The notes under the pieces were generated by a model, which ran no database searches, was not told where the DNA came from, and saw only the letters and a program-made list of their open reading frames with translations. A stretch of 63,867 nucleotides of DNA, the filler included, from Octopus bimaculoides (Eukaryota): assembly GCF_001194135.2 (NCBI RefSeq). It is 7 parts of 6 records of this genome, joined end to end, with 100 filler letters (N's around TTAATTAATTAA, not from the genome) between each part and the next. Parts side by side here need not be neighbours in the genome. Positions count along the whole stretch, not along the records: positions 1 to 28,401 come from NC_068984.1; 6 more parts are not named here. One strand, written 5' to 3'. The position numbers and the translations under genes are program-made. Below, one piece after another: positions 1 through 11,844 of the stretch (positions are counted from its first letter, which is position 1; each line of letters begins with the position of its first letter).

Positions 1-51
<51 letters not shown>

Positions 52-77
52 CATTATTATTATCATTATTATTATTA

Positions 78-117
<40 letters not shown>

Positions 118-135
118 CATCATCATCATCATCAT
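1..135. repeat. (ATT)n/(ATC)n microsatellite
   Basis: Direct trinucleotide run. Confidence 0.95.
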
Positions 136-557
136 TAAAAATATTCTTGACTTTCTAATGCACACTTGTTTGATACATACATACATGCATGCATCCATGC
201 ATACATACATGCATACATACATACATACCTACATACATACATACATACATACATGCATACATTTGGTTTATGAGAACAGTCAGATCTGATCTTTGGCTGC
301 AAAACATACGTACACACTTACATACTGATATGGGTGTGCGGGTATGTGTGCGTGTGTGTGTGTGCGTGTGTGTGTATGCATATATTCTTGTCTGCTAAGG
401 GAGAATATACACACCACATGAAATCCGGAAAGCTGGTTTGATGAGCACGTTGCCGGAGAATGAATTGTGATTTGTTTTTCTTACACACATATGTATGTAT
501 ATATATGTATGTGTGAGAGAGCGAGAGAAAAAGAGTGTTTCAATGTGCGCGTGTGTG

Positions 558-597
<40 letters not shown>

Positions 598-800
598 TAT
601 GTGTGTATGTGTGTGCGAGTGTGTACGTTGCATATCGGTGTGTGTAATCGATCACTAAGGTGCTTCAACTTACATATTTAGTTTTGAGTAAAGAGAACAT
701 AGATCTACCTTCGATGCATCCAGCAAACTGGACGATAATTGGTTTTCCAGCAAAGTTTCAACGTAATTAATCGAATTCAAAGAACACATCAAATTATACT

Positions 801-1088
801 CTTTTATTCTTTTACTTGTTTCAGTCATTTGACTGCGGCCATGCTGGAACAACGCTTTTAGTTGAGCCACAAATACATACACACATACACACAAACACAC
901 AAATACTTATATACATACACACACACACGCACATATATATACGACGGGCTTCTTTCAGTTTCCACGCCCGAGATTTTGGTCGGCCCAAGGCTAAACTAGA
1001 AGAAACTTACCCAATGTGCCACACAGTGGGACTGAACCTGGGACCACATGGCTGAGAAACATTCTTCTTACCACACAACCTCGCCTAC
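801..1088 (-). mobile_element. tRNA-derived SINE, local family B (internal microsatellite), internally deleted
   Basis: Reverse complement has head ...gtggtaagaag...ggttcagtcccactg, body gaaactgaaagaagcccgtcg and tail agcatggccgcagtcaaatgactgaaacaagtaaaag, shared with 9262, 21136, 35900, 38660, 58756. Confidence 0.85.
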
Positions 1089-1799
1089 AACTACTATGTA
1101 TATATNNNNNNNNNNNNNNNNNNNNNNNNNNNNNNNNNNNNNNNNNNNNNNNNNNNNNNNNNNNNNNNNNNNNNNNNNNNNNNNNNNNNNNNNNNNNNNN
1201 NNNNNNNNNNNNNNNNNNNNNNNNNNNNNNNNNNNNNNNNNNNNNNNNNNNTATATATATACATATACACACACATAGATATATATACACATACATATAC
1301 ACACACAGTTGGTAGGCTTATTTTGCACCAAATTGAATTTTGTGAGAAATTCTAAGCTAAATTTTTTTTTTCGTTTTGCATGATGTAACGCTTTTGTTCA
1401 TCAATCAAAAACACGTCTGAAACAGCTGTAGTGAACCTCAACCGGTCTGAGTTATTCTCTATTCTTCACTTTACTGGGAACTTTCCACACGTTTGGATTT
1501 GTAGCCTATAGTCGGCTGTGGAATACGTATAGTAAGTGCAACTCTGTGTGACTTTGAATACAAGTTGTTTATTTTATCAGTACTTGTGAACGTGTGCATG
1601 GCTGGAATAACGGATGCGTATTTGCTTTCGTAAGTCCGTATGTGTCAGCGCACACTATTAGTGCGCAGGTGCGCTATCCCCGAATCTACCTCGGTACTTT
1701 TACTATTTGAATACCTGATTCTATCGGATCGTGAAAATTGTATTATATATTAGTGTATATATTTTATATGTATAAGCATACATTATACGTGACAGTTAC

Positions 1800-1823
1800 T
1801 TGAACAGCGGATATCGCGTAACT
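1800..1823 (-). CDS. Candidate 24-nt microexon (SYAISAVQ in phase 0)
   Basis: tttactttctcttctaaatcag|agttacgcgatatccgctgttcaa|gtaact; splice motifs only, no homology recognised. Confidence 0.25.
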
Positions 1824-2002
1824 CTGATTTAGAAGAGAAAGTAAATTCGGTAATACAGCATATATTCAAACACTACCTTGTATTAAATATTTTGTTTCTC
1901 TTAGTAAGATTCGTGCATATATATATATGTGTGTCAATTTATCAATGCACATACGTGTATACATACATACGTACATACACAGATGGATACATACATAAAT
2001 AC

Positions 2003-2048
<46 letters not shown>

Positions 2049-2390
2049 ATATATATATATATACATACATACGTACTTCAGCAAGCTTATATTGGGTGTC
2101 TGTGCATGAGTTTGTGTGTGTGTGTGTGTGTGTGTGTGGTATATTGGATTTTGTATATCTTCATATATATACACTGTTGAATTGATCGAGCCAGTGAATG
2201 AGTGTGATCGAGTTAAACGATTGCTGTGCATGCATGTATAAACATGTGTGTATAAACTTAAAAGATTTCGGCTGCATCGTAAGTAACTTTAGATAACTTA
2301 ATTGTCAAATTTCCTCCCAGCTAGGATTTTAGCGAAGCTGAAACGGTCTAACTTCAATTCCCATATATGTGTCAGGTGAAGTCAGTTTAC

Positions 2391-2428
2391 TGTCTTCAAA
2401 TGACTTGCTGTTGAGCTGTTGCTAAGTG
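2391..2428 (-). CDS. Candidate small exon ((A)LSNSSTASHLKT, phase 1 to 0)
   Basis: tttatcttcatttgtag|cacttagc...gaagaca|gtaaac; phase-compatible with 2671-2722 and 1800-1823. Confidence 0.25.
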
Positions 2429-2670
2429 CTACAAATGAAGATAAACTAATTGGACTGGGAATGAAATAAATTATATTACCAGAATACTCACAATATATAG
2501 ACAATCTTTGTACATAGAACCACGTATGTACAAGATATGAAGAAGCGTGTGCTCGCAATGGTATAGTATGTAACTGTAACTACACTGACTACACCTTTGT
2601 TCACTTAGAGGTATTTGAAAATATGCAATAATAACCAAATGGAGGCCAGTATGGGGATCACTCTGCATAC

Positions 2671-2722
2671 CTTGATATTGTTGTTGCTGTGGTAACTGCT
2701 GAACGCTATTTTCTTTTTCTGT
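2671..2722 (-). CDS. Candidate small exon (TEKENSVQQLPQQQQYQ, phase 0 to 1)
   Basis: ttattgtttcgcaccttag|acagaaaaag...tatcaag|gtatgc; open frame, Q-rich. Confidence 0.3.
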
Positions 2723-2886
2723 CTAAGGTGCGAAACAATAATACGTATAGATTTCAGGGTTTTTTTGTTTTTTTTTTTGTCAGTTTAGTCAGTGATTCTG
2801 ACCAAAGAAAGTACAACAAAATGGTGCCGAATATCTTTTTATTTTTATTTTCTGTTGTTTTTTTTTTCGGATTGCAAAAATAGTTG

Positions 2887-2887
<1 letters not shown>

Positions 2888-2949
<62 letters not shown>

Positions 2950-2960
2950 GTAATAATAAA
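2888..2960. repeat. (AAT)n microsatellite
   Basis: Direct. Confidence 0.95.
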
Positions 2961-3053
2961 TAAACAACAAAAACAGTTACAACAATAATAATGGTTACAG
3001 CAATTATATGTAACAATAATATGCAACAATAATAATGGTTTCAACAATAGTAT

Positions 3054-3140
3054 GCCCACGGGCATATGGCGTAGTGGTTAAGGGCGCGGACTACTAACCC
3101 CAAGATTCCGAGTTCGATTCCAGGAAGTGACCTGAATAAC

Positions 3141-3186
<46 letters not shown>

Positions 3187-3335
3187 TCGAAAAGTACCCA
3201 GGTTCGAATTTCCCCCAAGACACCTGATGAAGGCTGGAGGATATATCAGCCGAAACGTTGTGTTAACAACAAACAAGATGAGGACAAATATCCGTCAAAT
3301 GTAAATAATGTAGATAATGTAAATAATGTACATAA
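3054..3335 (+). mobile_element. tRNA-headed, hammerhead-containing repeat (SINE-like / Penelope pLTR-derived), copy 1
   Basis: A box TGGCGTAGTGG 3067-3077; B box GAGTTCGATTCC 3110-3121; (AAT)n; HHR 3219-3264; aatgtanat 9-mer tail; colinear with 11845-12111 (-). Confidence 0.85.
3219..3264 (+). ncRNA. Minimal type I hammerhead ribozyme motif (dimer-type)
   Basis: gacac-CUGAUGA-A-ggcug(10-nt loop)cagcc-GAAAC-GUU-guguu. Stem I gacac/gtgtt; stem II 5 bp; palindromic ACGU in place of helix III; predicted cleavage after 3259. Confidence 0.7.
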
Positions 3336-3569
3336 TTCTTCAACTCTGAAATATAGAACTGAATAATAATGGAGTTGGTAAAGCTTCAGAATAGTAACTT
3401 CAAAGGCATCAGTTAATCTACTGCTGCATACCAACCGGTTTCTCAACTTGTCTAAACTTGCAGACACATATATGATTCCTTACTGTCTTAATTTGAAAAT
3501 CAACACTTGTTGTTATTCGATGGGGTAGAAAAAACACAGGCATAAACACACACTCATAAATATTTATAC

Positions 3570-3722
3570 TCACAACGGACTTCGACATGGATGTCGTCTA
3601 CAGAGTTCACTTACAGGGATTTGGTTGGCCCAAGTCTATAATAGCCGAAGGTACCAGTCAATGGCACTCAACCCGAAGCCAACTGGTTGCAAAGCGAACT
3701 TCTTAACCATACAGCCATGTCT
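3570..3722 (-). mobile_element. SINE family B, degraded 5' half
   Basis: gatttggttggcccaagtctata...aacttcttaaccatacagccat is the reverse complement of the family B head. Confidence 0.65.
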
Positions 3723-3907
3723 GTCTGTTACTCCTCACTTCTTCGCGACCTTACAGGCACACACATATCATTATCATTCGCATATATGTGTGGACATGTC
3801 GTAAGTTTTATCCGCTTGGTGTTCAACCGTTAAAAACGAATTATTTCCAAGTATATGTATGTTTGTGCGCTTGTGTTTGTGAGGGAGGGGGCAGAATTGT
3901 GACATCT

Positions 3908-3943
<36 letters not shown>

Positions 3944-3982
3944 CCCCTCTCTCTCTCTCTCTCGCCCTCTCTNNNNNNNNNN

Positions 3983-4026
<44 letters not shown>

Positions 4027-4038
4027 TACACACACGCA

Positions 4039-4180
4039 CAAACCGCTTGACACCCGCATCGGCTTGTTTTCGTTCATGTAACTTAGCGGTTCGACAAAAG
4101 AGAAAGTTAGGATCAGTGCCTAAGGAAGGCTGTACTCCTTGAATGACCGCAGTCCAGTGATTGAAACGAGTAAAAGCAAA
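4039..4180 (+). mobile_element. SINE family B, 3' half following (CA)n
   Basis: accgcttgaca...gtaacttagcggttcgacaaaagag...gaccgcagtccagtgattgaaacgagtaaaag. Confidence 0.7.
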
Positions 4181-4217
4181 ATCCAAAAACCGAACATCTT
4201 CACATATCCTGTCAGCA

Positions 4218-4404
4218 ATTTGGGAGGATGGTTATAACGATGACATCGATCTCAGTGTTCAACTGGTACTTATTTTATCGATTCCGAAAAATACGATGGT
4301 AAGTGGAGCCCAGCGGCGTTTGAACTCAGAACGTAAAGACGGATGAAACGTCGCTAAGCATTTCGCCCGGCGTGCTAACGATTCTGCCAACGATTCGCCG
4401 CCTT
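4218..4404 (-). mobile_element. tRNA-derived SINE, local family A
   Basis: aactggtactta...gaactcagaacgtaaagac...gctaacgattctgcc...cgccgcctt. Confidence 0.85.
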
Positions 4405-4419
4405 CACACATCCTATATA

Positions 4420-4553
4420 TTCTTTTCTACTCAAAGCACAAGGCCCGAAATTTTGGGGAAGCGGGAATGCAGTCGATTAGATCGACCCCAGTTCGCAACT
4501 GGTACTTAATTTGTCGACCCCGACAGGATGAAAGGCAAAGTCGACTTCGGTGG
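4420..4553 (-). mobile_element. SINE family A, 5'-truncated, tandem with previous copy
   Basis: ttcttttctactc...gatcgaccccagt...ggatgaaaggcaaagtcgac. Confidence 0.85.
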
Positions 4554-5384
4554 ACACATCACCCGTATTGCATTTAATACATGTCTACCATGTTGAATTT
4601 CAAATATTCAACCACTGACTGACTACAACTACGAACTGACGAACACTTTATTTCGTCTCACTTCCAGTATTACCACAAAGACGCTGTTTCAACATGGAAG
4701 AAAAATATCGCTTTCACAAATGTCTACCCAAAACTTGAGTTGCTCTTCCAACCTTGATTTCAAGAGACTGTTTCACTTTCTACATCCAACTCTAAAACCT
4801 TCTTCAATGCTTTTCTTTTTAGATATGTTTCGTATGTTCCTCTCATCGGAAATATTGACAGGATTACATACGAACCACTCGTAATAAATCATTCTAATTT
4901 TTTACCCTTATGATTTACACCGTATATGACAGGCATATTCAGCCAGCTAGTCATGCTACTTCAGGCTGAAGACGAGCAAAAACTCAGAGACGTGTCCCTG
5001 AACACAGGCTTGGCTGGGTGGAGGTGCTTGTCTCCCCCTCGTAAACATAAGGACACAGGAAATGTGTCAAGGGCGACAGGAAGCGGTCCAGCTTCCTAAG
5101 ACTAAATAGCAGGAGTATGATTTCCTTATTGGGACTGTCACGTTAAGTTGACAGTATACAACTATATATATATNNNNNNNNNNNNNNNNNNNNNNNNNNN
5201 NNNNNNNNNNNNNNNNNNNNNNNNNNNNNNNNNNNNNNNNNNNNNNNNNNNNNNNNNNNNNNNNNNNNNNNNNNNNNNNNNNNNNNNNNNNNNNNNNNNN
5301 NNNNNNNNNNNNNNNNNNNNNNNNNNNNNNNNNNNNNNNNNNNNNNNNNNNNNNNNNNNNNNNNNNNNNNNNNNNNNNNNNNNN

Positions 5385-5435
<51 letters not shown>

Positions 5436-6345
5436 ATGTATGTTTGTTTGTATGTATGTATATATGTATGCATATATATGTATGTATGTATGTATGTATT
5501 CCGAAGAAGCAGATAGTTCAATCTCTTGCAAGTCGCTAGGTTAAAAGATGGTGCTCTGATGTGGGCGGACGCTGGACAGCATTTAGCTAACTTGCCATTG
5601 GTCGAAAACGCTCAAATGAACGGTCACAGCACGTCCTAGAACGAGCATTCGGTTATAGGTGATAACTCTGATACAGGATTGGAATTGACTACTGTAGCCG
5701 ATTGAAGTCTGAAAAAGCAGATTATCCGTTCTTGACTCTCAGTGACTGATCTGAGCATATGAGGAATCAGTGTGTTTAAAAATATCAGAGAAATTTCCTT
5801 CTCTCGCGATGATTATCGTGAATAAATTAAATCGCGATATTTCATGCCAGAAAAACGGTGAGTAATCATGTCATGAATAACAACGAACAACAACACAAAG
5901 TCAAATGTTATTTTAAAAACAAGAAGATTACTTTGATTGTCGTCAAACAAACACAATATTTTTATTTAGAAAAATGCGGAAGTTTTACATTCTGAAAGAT
6001 GCAGATTATTTCTGTCATTTACGATAGTTTTGATATTTTGCCTAATAGCTTGCAATTTCGTGTAAGAATTCTTTTCTACAAGGCTTCTTTGCATTGTTCT
6101 CTTTTTTTTCTTTCTTTTCACTCTTGTCTTCATATTTGTCATAACAAAGCTGAAAATGCATTGTTGCTCAATTGCTATGGGGAACGTGTGTAAAACTGCT
6201 ATGAGATAATTGCATTTTATCATCATTTACACGTGTGAGTTAGTGCGCATGTGTGTGTGTGAGTATATGCGTATGTGTAGGCGTGCGTACGTGTGTGTGT
6301 GAGTGTGTGTTACTCTCGTATAGCCGGAGGTGATGCGCATTGCTG

Positions 6346-6403
<58 letters not shown>

Positions 6404-7226
6404 GGTTTTGGTATTGGGATTCTAAATTAAACTAGGATACATATGAATTAATAAATTCTATTTATGTAAACATATTTATTCAGCTTTTAAATTAATTTAG
6501 GGGTTAAAGACACAAGAATTTGAGAGCTTGATTCTTGTAATGCGAGATCGAAATCAAGATTTCTCCTCTCATTAGAATCTTCAAATCAGGTATGCCTCAA
6601 CCATATTAAGATCTAAACCCCTTTCATAAATTGTTTTCTTTTTCTTTTTGTAGATGCTGTTGTTGACTTGCCAGTGAGTGAACGAAGATAATTATATATA
6701 TGACAACACAGCATATGAATTAATTAATTATGTATATGCAATCGTATTTAGTTGAGCTGTAGATGATGTGCTTTCGTTTAAAAGCATGCATAATCATATT
6801 CAAAAAGACATAGACACAGGAACATATCAAACCCTTTACTTAATGCCTTATAACTCTTTTATTAAAGTAATCTTATTAATTTTCACCAATAATGTTTTGG
6901 AGATGTGAGCAAGCCATTTCAAAAGGTGAAAACAATAAATCAATGAAAGTTATACCACGAAGTGTAACATTTCTCAAGAAAATTAAAATATTAATCTCAT
7001 TAAGTGAACATAATAACCTGTATTAAATAAATGAACATGCATTAAGGAAACTTCTGTCACAAAACAACACAACCCGTTTGTGTATCTGTGTGTGTGTATG
7101 TGTATCTGTATGCGTGTTGGGGGCGTGCAAAGATAAAATGTAAATGAATTTGCATTATTCAAAAGAGAGTTCTTAGTTGAAATGTAGCTTCTGTATGTTA
7201 AAACCTTGTTACTCAGAGTTTCATTA

Positions 7227-7265
<39 letters not shown>

Positions 7266-7897
7266 NNNNNNNNNNNNNNNNNNNNNNNNNNNNNNNNNNN
7301 NNNNNNNNNNNNNNNNNNNNNNNNNNNNNNNNNNNNNNNNNNNNNNNNNNNNNNNNNNNNNNNNNNNNNNNNNNNNNNNNNNNNNNNNNNNNNNNNNNNN
7401 NNNNNNNNNNNNNNNNNNNNNNNNNNNNNNNNNNNNNNNNNNNNNNNNNNNNNNNNNNNNNNNNNNNNNNNNNNNNNNNNNNNNNNNNNNNNNNNNNNNN
7501 NNNNNNNNNNNNNNNNNNNNNNNNNNNNNNNNNNNNNNNNNNNNNNNNNNNNNNNNNNNNNNNNNNNNNNNNNNNNNNNNNNNNNNNNNNNNNNNNNNNN
7601 NNNNNNNNNNNNNNNNNNNNNNNNNNNNNNNNNNNNNNNNNNNNNNNNNNNNNNNNNNNNNNNNNNNNNNNNNNNNNNNNNNNNNNNNNNNNNNNNNNNN
7701 NNNNNNNNNNNNNNNNNNNNNNNNNNNNNNNNNNNNNNNNNNNNNNNNNNNNNNNNNNNNNNNNNNNNNNNNNNNNNNNNNNNNNNNNNNNNNNNNNNNN
7801 NNNNNNNNNNNNNNNNNNNNNNNNNNNNNNNNNNNNNNNNNNNNNNNNNNNNNNNNNNNNNNNNNNNNNNNNNNNNNNNGGTCAATAAATTATGTGT

Positions 7898-8039
7898 AAC
7901 TGGTACTTAATTTATTGACCCCGTAAGGATGAAAGCTAAAGTCGACCTCGGCGGAATTTGAACTCAGAACATAAAGACAGACGAAATACCGCTAAACATT
8001 TAGCGCGGCGCGCTAACGTTTCTACCAGCTCGCCGCCTT
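7898..8039 (-). mobile_element. SINE family A
   Basis: gtcgacctcggcggaatttgaactcagaac...ccagctcgccgcctt. Confidence 0.9.
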
Positions 8040-8329
8040 AATGGATACAGCATATTAACAAACCTATATGTAGTAGTAGAATTAGTAGTAGTAGTAGTAT
8101 GAGGGTATGCTTTGTAACAGCGCATAGTTGCAACCACCATTTCTCGGTGATTCCCTACCCTCGGCAGATGACACCTTTGCAGCATTCAGTTGACAACCCT
8201 CCACTCACTGGGTCTTTTTGCGGGTGGTTGTAGATGATGATGATGCTTTTAGGTTATCGGAGAACAAATCCTACATGAACGTCTTGTAGTCGCACTTTAC
8301 GACAGGAAGATAAAACTTTGGGCCTTATT

Positions 8330-8420
8330 CTCCGATATACCAGTCGTCCCTACACAGCACAAGACCAACATGAAATAAAGTTTTTTGCACAAGAACACAC
8401 AACACAATGGCCGGTCCTGC
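8330..8420 (-). mobile_element. SINE fragment (shared C/D/E central domain)
   Basis: aacatgaaataaagttttttgcacaagaacac...ccggtcc. Confidence 0.5.
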
Positions 8421-8514
8421 GAAAAAAAAATTTCCCACGAGAATTCTGGACAACAGCAATGAACTCATTTGCATACAGTCAATCAGAGCTCACTCTGACC
8501 TTGTTGTCATTGTT

Positions 8515-8609
8515 AAAAACACACGCTACCAAGTAAACTTAAGACGAAGAACGGTGTTGTTAGTCGACCGATCGCCAAGTTATGCCTGATTTTAGAAGGA
8601 GACAAATAA
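8515..8609 (+). mobile_element. BEL/Pao LTR retrotransposon, integrase C-terminal remnant
   Basis: 8541-8609 translates KTKNGVVSRPIAKLCLILEGDK*, matching the BEL/Pao terminal motif VxVKTxxGxxxRPIxKLxxL; frameshift just upstream. Confidence 0.55.
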
Positions 8610-8929
8610 TTAGATTTGCATCTATACATATTATAGGATTTTGTTAGGGCTCCATATCGTAAAGATGTGGATGAGAAGAACGTGGATAGAGGGTGATGTG
8701 CTAGCAACCCTCTCCCCTTACTGTTTTTCAAAGTAAACAACAACACAAATAACTACGCAGAGGCAGCCATGGTTGGAAAAAGAACCAGAACAACAAGCAT
8801 TATTAAAAGAGAAAGAAACATGGTCATTCCTTACCCAAGTGACCTTATCTTATCGCTCATCGCTTGTTATGCGCTCATAAATCAGTTTGATAGTTGAGCT
8901 CTGATTGGCTGTGTGAAAACAGAGTTCAT

Positions 8930-9030
8930 AACTGGAGTCCGGAACTCTCGAGGGACAAAATTTGCGCCCGGCCCGGGAATACAATCTACTATCTATCGAT
9001 TATGAATGCAGCACCCTAACTACTAGGCCT
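8930..9030 (-). mobile_element. SINE head fragment
   Basis: Reverse complement ggcctagtagttagggtgctgcattc...attcccgggccgggcgc. Confidence 0.55.
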
Positions 9031-9261
9031 GTGTAAAGGATCGGGTAAATCATGTTTGCAAATAACCGCTGATGAAGATTTCATTACACGCTAGCCTTTT
9101 GTTTCAACGGCAAAACGCTGCATAATGCGGGAAACAGATATTGACACGCAACAGATTTAATTTCTATGTAATTACGAGTAATTATACGGTTGTTTTTTTA
9201 TTACATTCCAGTTTTAATAATTAATTGCAATAAACTAGATGCTTTTTATTTATATTGAATA

Positions 9262-9425
9262 GCTGCAGACGACACTGTGTGGTAAGAAGTTTGCTTACCA
9301 ACCACATGGTTCCGGGTTCAGTGCCACTGCGTGGCACTTTGGGTCAGTGTCTTCTACTATAAGCCCCGAGTCGACCAAAGCCTTGTGTGCGGATTTGGGT
9401 GACGGAAACTGAAAGAAGCCCGTCC
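9262..9425 (+). mobile_element. SINE family B, 5' half (runs into gap/microsatellite)
   Basis: gtgtggtaagaagtttgctt...ggttccgggttcagt...gaaactgaaagaagcccgtc. Confidence 0.9.
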
Positions 9426-9518
9426 NNNNNNNNNNNNNNNNNNNNNNNNNNNNNNNNNNNNNNNNNNNNNNNNNNNNNNNNNNNNNNNNNNNNNNNNNNN
9501 NNNNNNNNNNNNNNNNNN

Positions 9519-9575
<57 letters not shown>

Positions 9576-9630
9576 GTGACTTTGTGTCTAGGGTTGTTTG
9601 CATGTATGTAAGAATGTTTGCATGTATGCA

Positions 9631-9668
<38 letters not shown>

Positions 9669-9699
9669 GTTACTGAGGGTTGTTGACAGGGTTGAAACC

Positions 9700-10610
9700 C
9701 AGACAAATCTTCAGTCTGATCTGTTAACTCTCATCCAATGAGCGAAGAAACATAATCTGCAGCTAAACAAGAAAAATTCAACCTAATCCACGTCGGTTTA
9801 GAGATTCCATTCTAACAACCATAAACTCTTCCCTCGGGCGAAACTCTCGTGGCATCCAGCACTGCTAGAGTCCTTGGGTGTTACTATCGACAACAAAATA
9901 GGCTGGAGTGCGAACATAAACGGCAAAGTTGAAATGACTCGCCTGCCGGACTCTTGGATCCTCAGGACTTTCTGGTCTAGAGACGCCCCTGCCATTATCC
10001 TACTTTTCTCTGCTTTCGCTCGCCCTCACCTTGGATACTGTTGTCCGCTGTGATGCCCCCACACGATACAGAATATTGTGAAAATTGAAGATCCATAGAG
10101 ATCAATTACAGACAAATAGATGACATGACATGCCTTGACTATTGAGATCCACTCAAAAAGCTCAGGCTTTACTCTCTCCAACGCCGCCGTGGGCGCTATG
10201 TCATCTGTACAATGTGGAAAATATTCCATCAACATTGCCAAATGATAAATGTATCATCTTTAAAATCTATCCGAGGCTTGGCCTCCGTGTCGTGTCCACT
10301 ACAGAAATCATGTTCGTGTCATGACACAACAATGCAGCAGAAATATTTCACCTCAACTGGCTCTGCTCTCTTCAACATCGTACCAGCCCACATAAAGGCG
10401 AAAAGAGGTTTCACGGCATTCAAACGGTCCCTAGATGATTACCTCCAACAAATGCCAGACAAACAACTCACACCCGGATACGTCTCTGAAAACAATAACT
10501 CTCTGCTCGAATGGGCTATGGTGACCAAGAGCTGACTGTGTATCTCTTCCAGGCGGTGCTATCAAATTGGACATGGCTTGGACCAACTTCAGCCGAAACT
10601 TATCTAAGTA
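9700..10610 (+). mobile_element. CR1-group LINE, decayed 3' end of RT ORF plus 3' UTR
   Basis: Broken frames give LRTFWSRD...RPHLGYCCPL...LKKLRLYSLQRRR.RY and FKRSLDDYLQQMPDK...GYVSENNNSLLEW; ends in a taagtaa tail. Confidence 0.8.
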
Positions 10611-10960
10611 ATCTCTGTGTGTGTTTGCGTACGTGTGTGTGTGCGTGCGTGTTTTCGTGTGTATGTATATGTGTATATATGCAACTATATTTATAAATGC
10701 ATGTCAATATATATCTGCGTGTGTAGGCGAGTACATATACGTGTGTATGCATGTGCATGTTTGTGTGAATAAATATACGCAGTCTATTCATATGCTCATA
10801 TATGATTATATAGAGAAACATTCATACATATGATTGCGAGTTTGAATTTACATGTTTAAGATAGGAGAGGATGATAGAAAAATACAAATACTGGTTGCTA
10901 TCTTAAAGGGTTATTAGAGAAATCAATAATATAACTTTTGTATTACATAACTATATGTTT

Positions 10961-11004
<44 letters not shown>

Positions 11005-11844
11005 TATATACATATTATTATTATTATTGCTATATATAGATAGGTATACATATATATATATATGTATGTATGCATGTTTACATATGTATNNNNNNNNNNN
11101 NNNNNNNNNNNNNNNNNNNNNNNNNNNNNNNNNNNNNNNNNNNNNNNNNNNNNNNNNNNNNNNNNNNNNNNNNNNNNNNNNNNNNNNNNNNNNNNNNNNN
11201 NNNNNNNNNNNNNNNNNNNNNNNNNNNNNNNNNNNNNNNNNNNNNNNNNNNNNNNNNNNNNNNNNNNNNNNNNNNNNNNNNNNNNNNNNNNNNNNNNNNN
11301 NNNNNNNNNNNNNNNNNNNNNNNNNNNNNNNNNNNNNNNNNNNNNNNNNNNNNNNNNNNNNNNNNNNNNNNNNNNNNNNNNNNNNNNNNNNNNNNNNNNN
11401 NNNNNNNNNNNNNNNNNNNNNNNNNNNNNNNNNNNNNNNNNNNNNNNNNNNNNNNNNNNNNNNNNNNNNNNNNNNNNNNNNNNNNNNNNNNNNNNNNNNN
11501 NNNNNNNNNNNNNNNNNNNNNNNNNNNNNNNNNNNNNNNNNNNNNNNNNNNNNNNNNNNNNNNNNNNNNNNNNNNNNNNNNNNNNNNNNNNNNNNNNNNN
11601 NNNNNNNNNNNNNNNNNNNNNNNNNNNNNNNNNNNNNNNNNNNNNNNNNNNNNTTGGTTTTTGAAAGCATTAATTTTGTTTGAGCGGAAATTATATAAAT
11701 AGTAATATACTGAGTATGTCCAGGGTGTGTAAATTTTTAAAATGTTGTGACTTTGATTTTCATGCAAATAAAAGTTCCACTGACAAACACCATTTGTATA
11801 TTATATTCTCGAAATGATATACAGAGAGATAAACATATACTATA

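Noticed and set aside
3060-3135. Functional tRNA gene
   Set aside because: A/B boxes are intact, but the acceptor and T stems do not pair; repeat-borne tRNA-like head
5538-5705. Protein-like frame RLKDGALMWADAGQHL...
   Set aside because: In-frame stop, no recognisable family
9069-9140. CTGATGA with a distant GAAAC
   Set aside because: No flanking helices found
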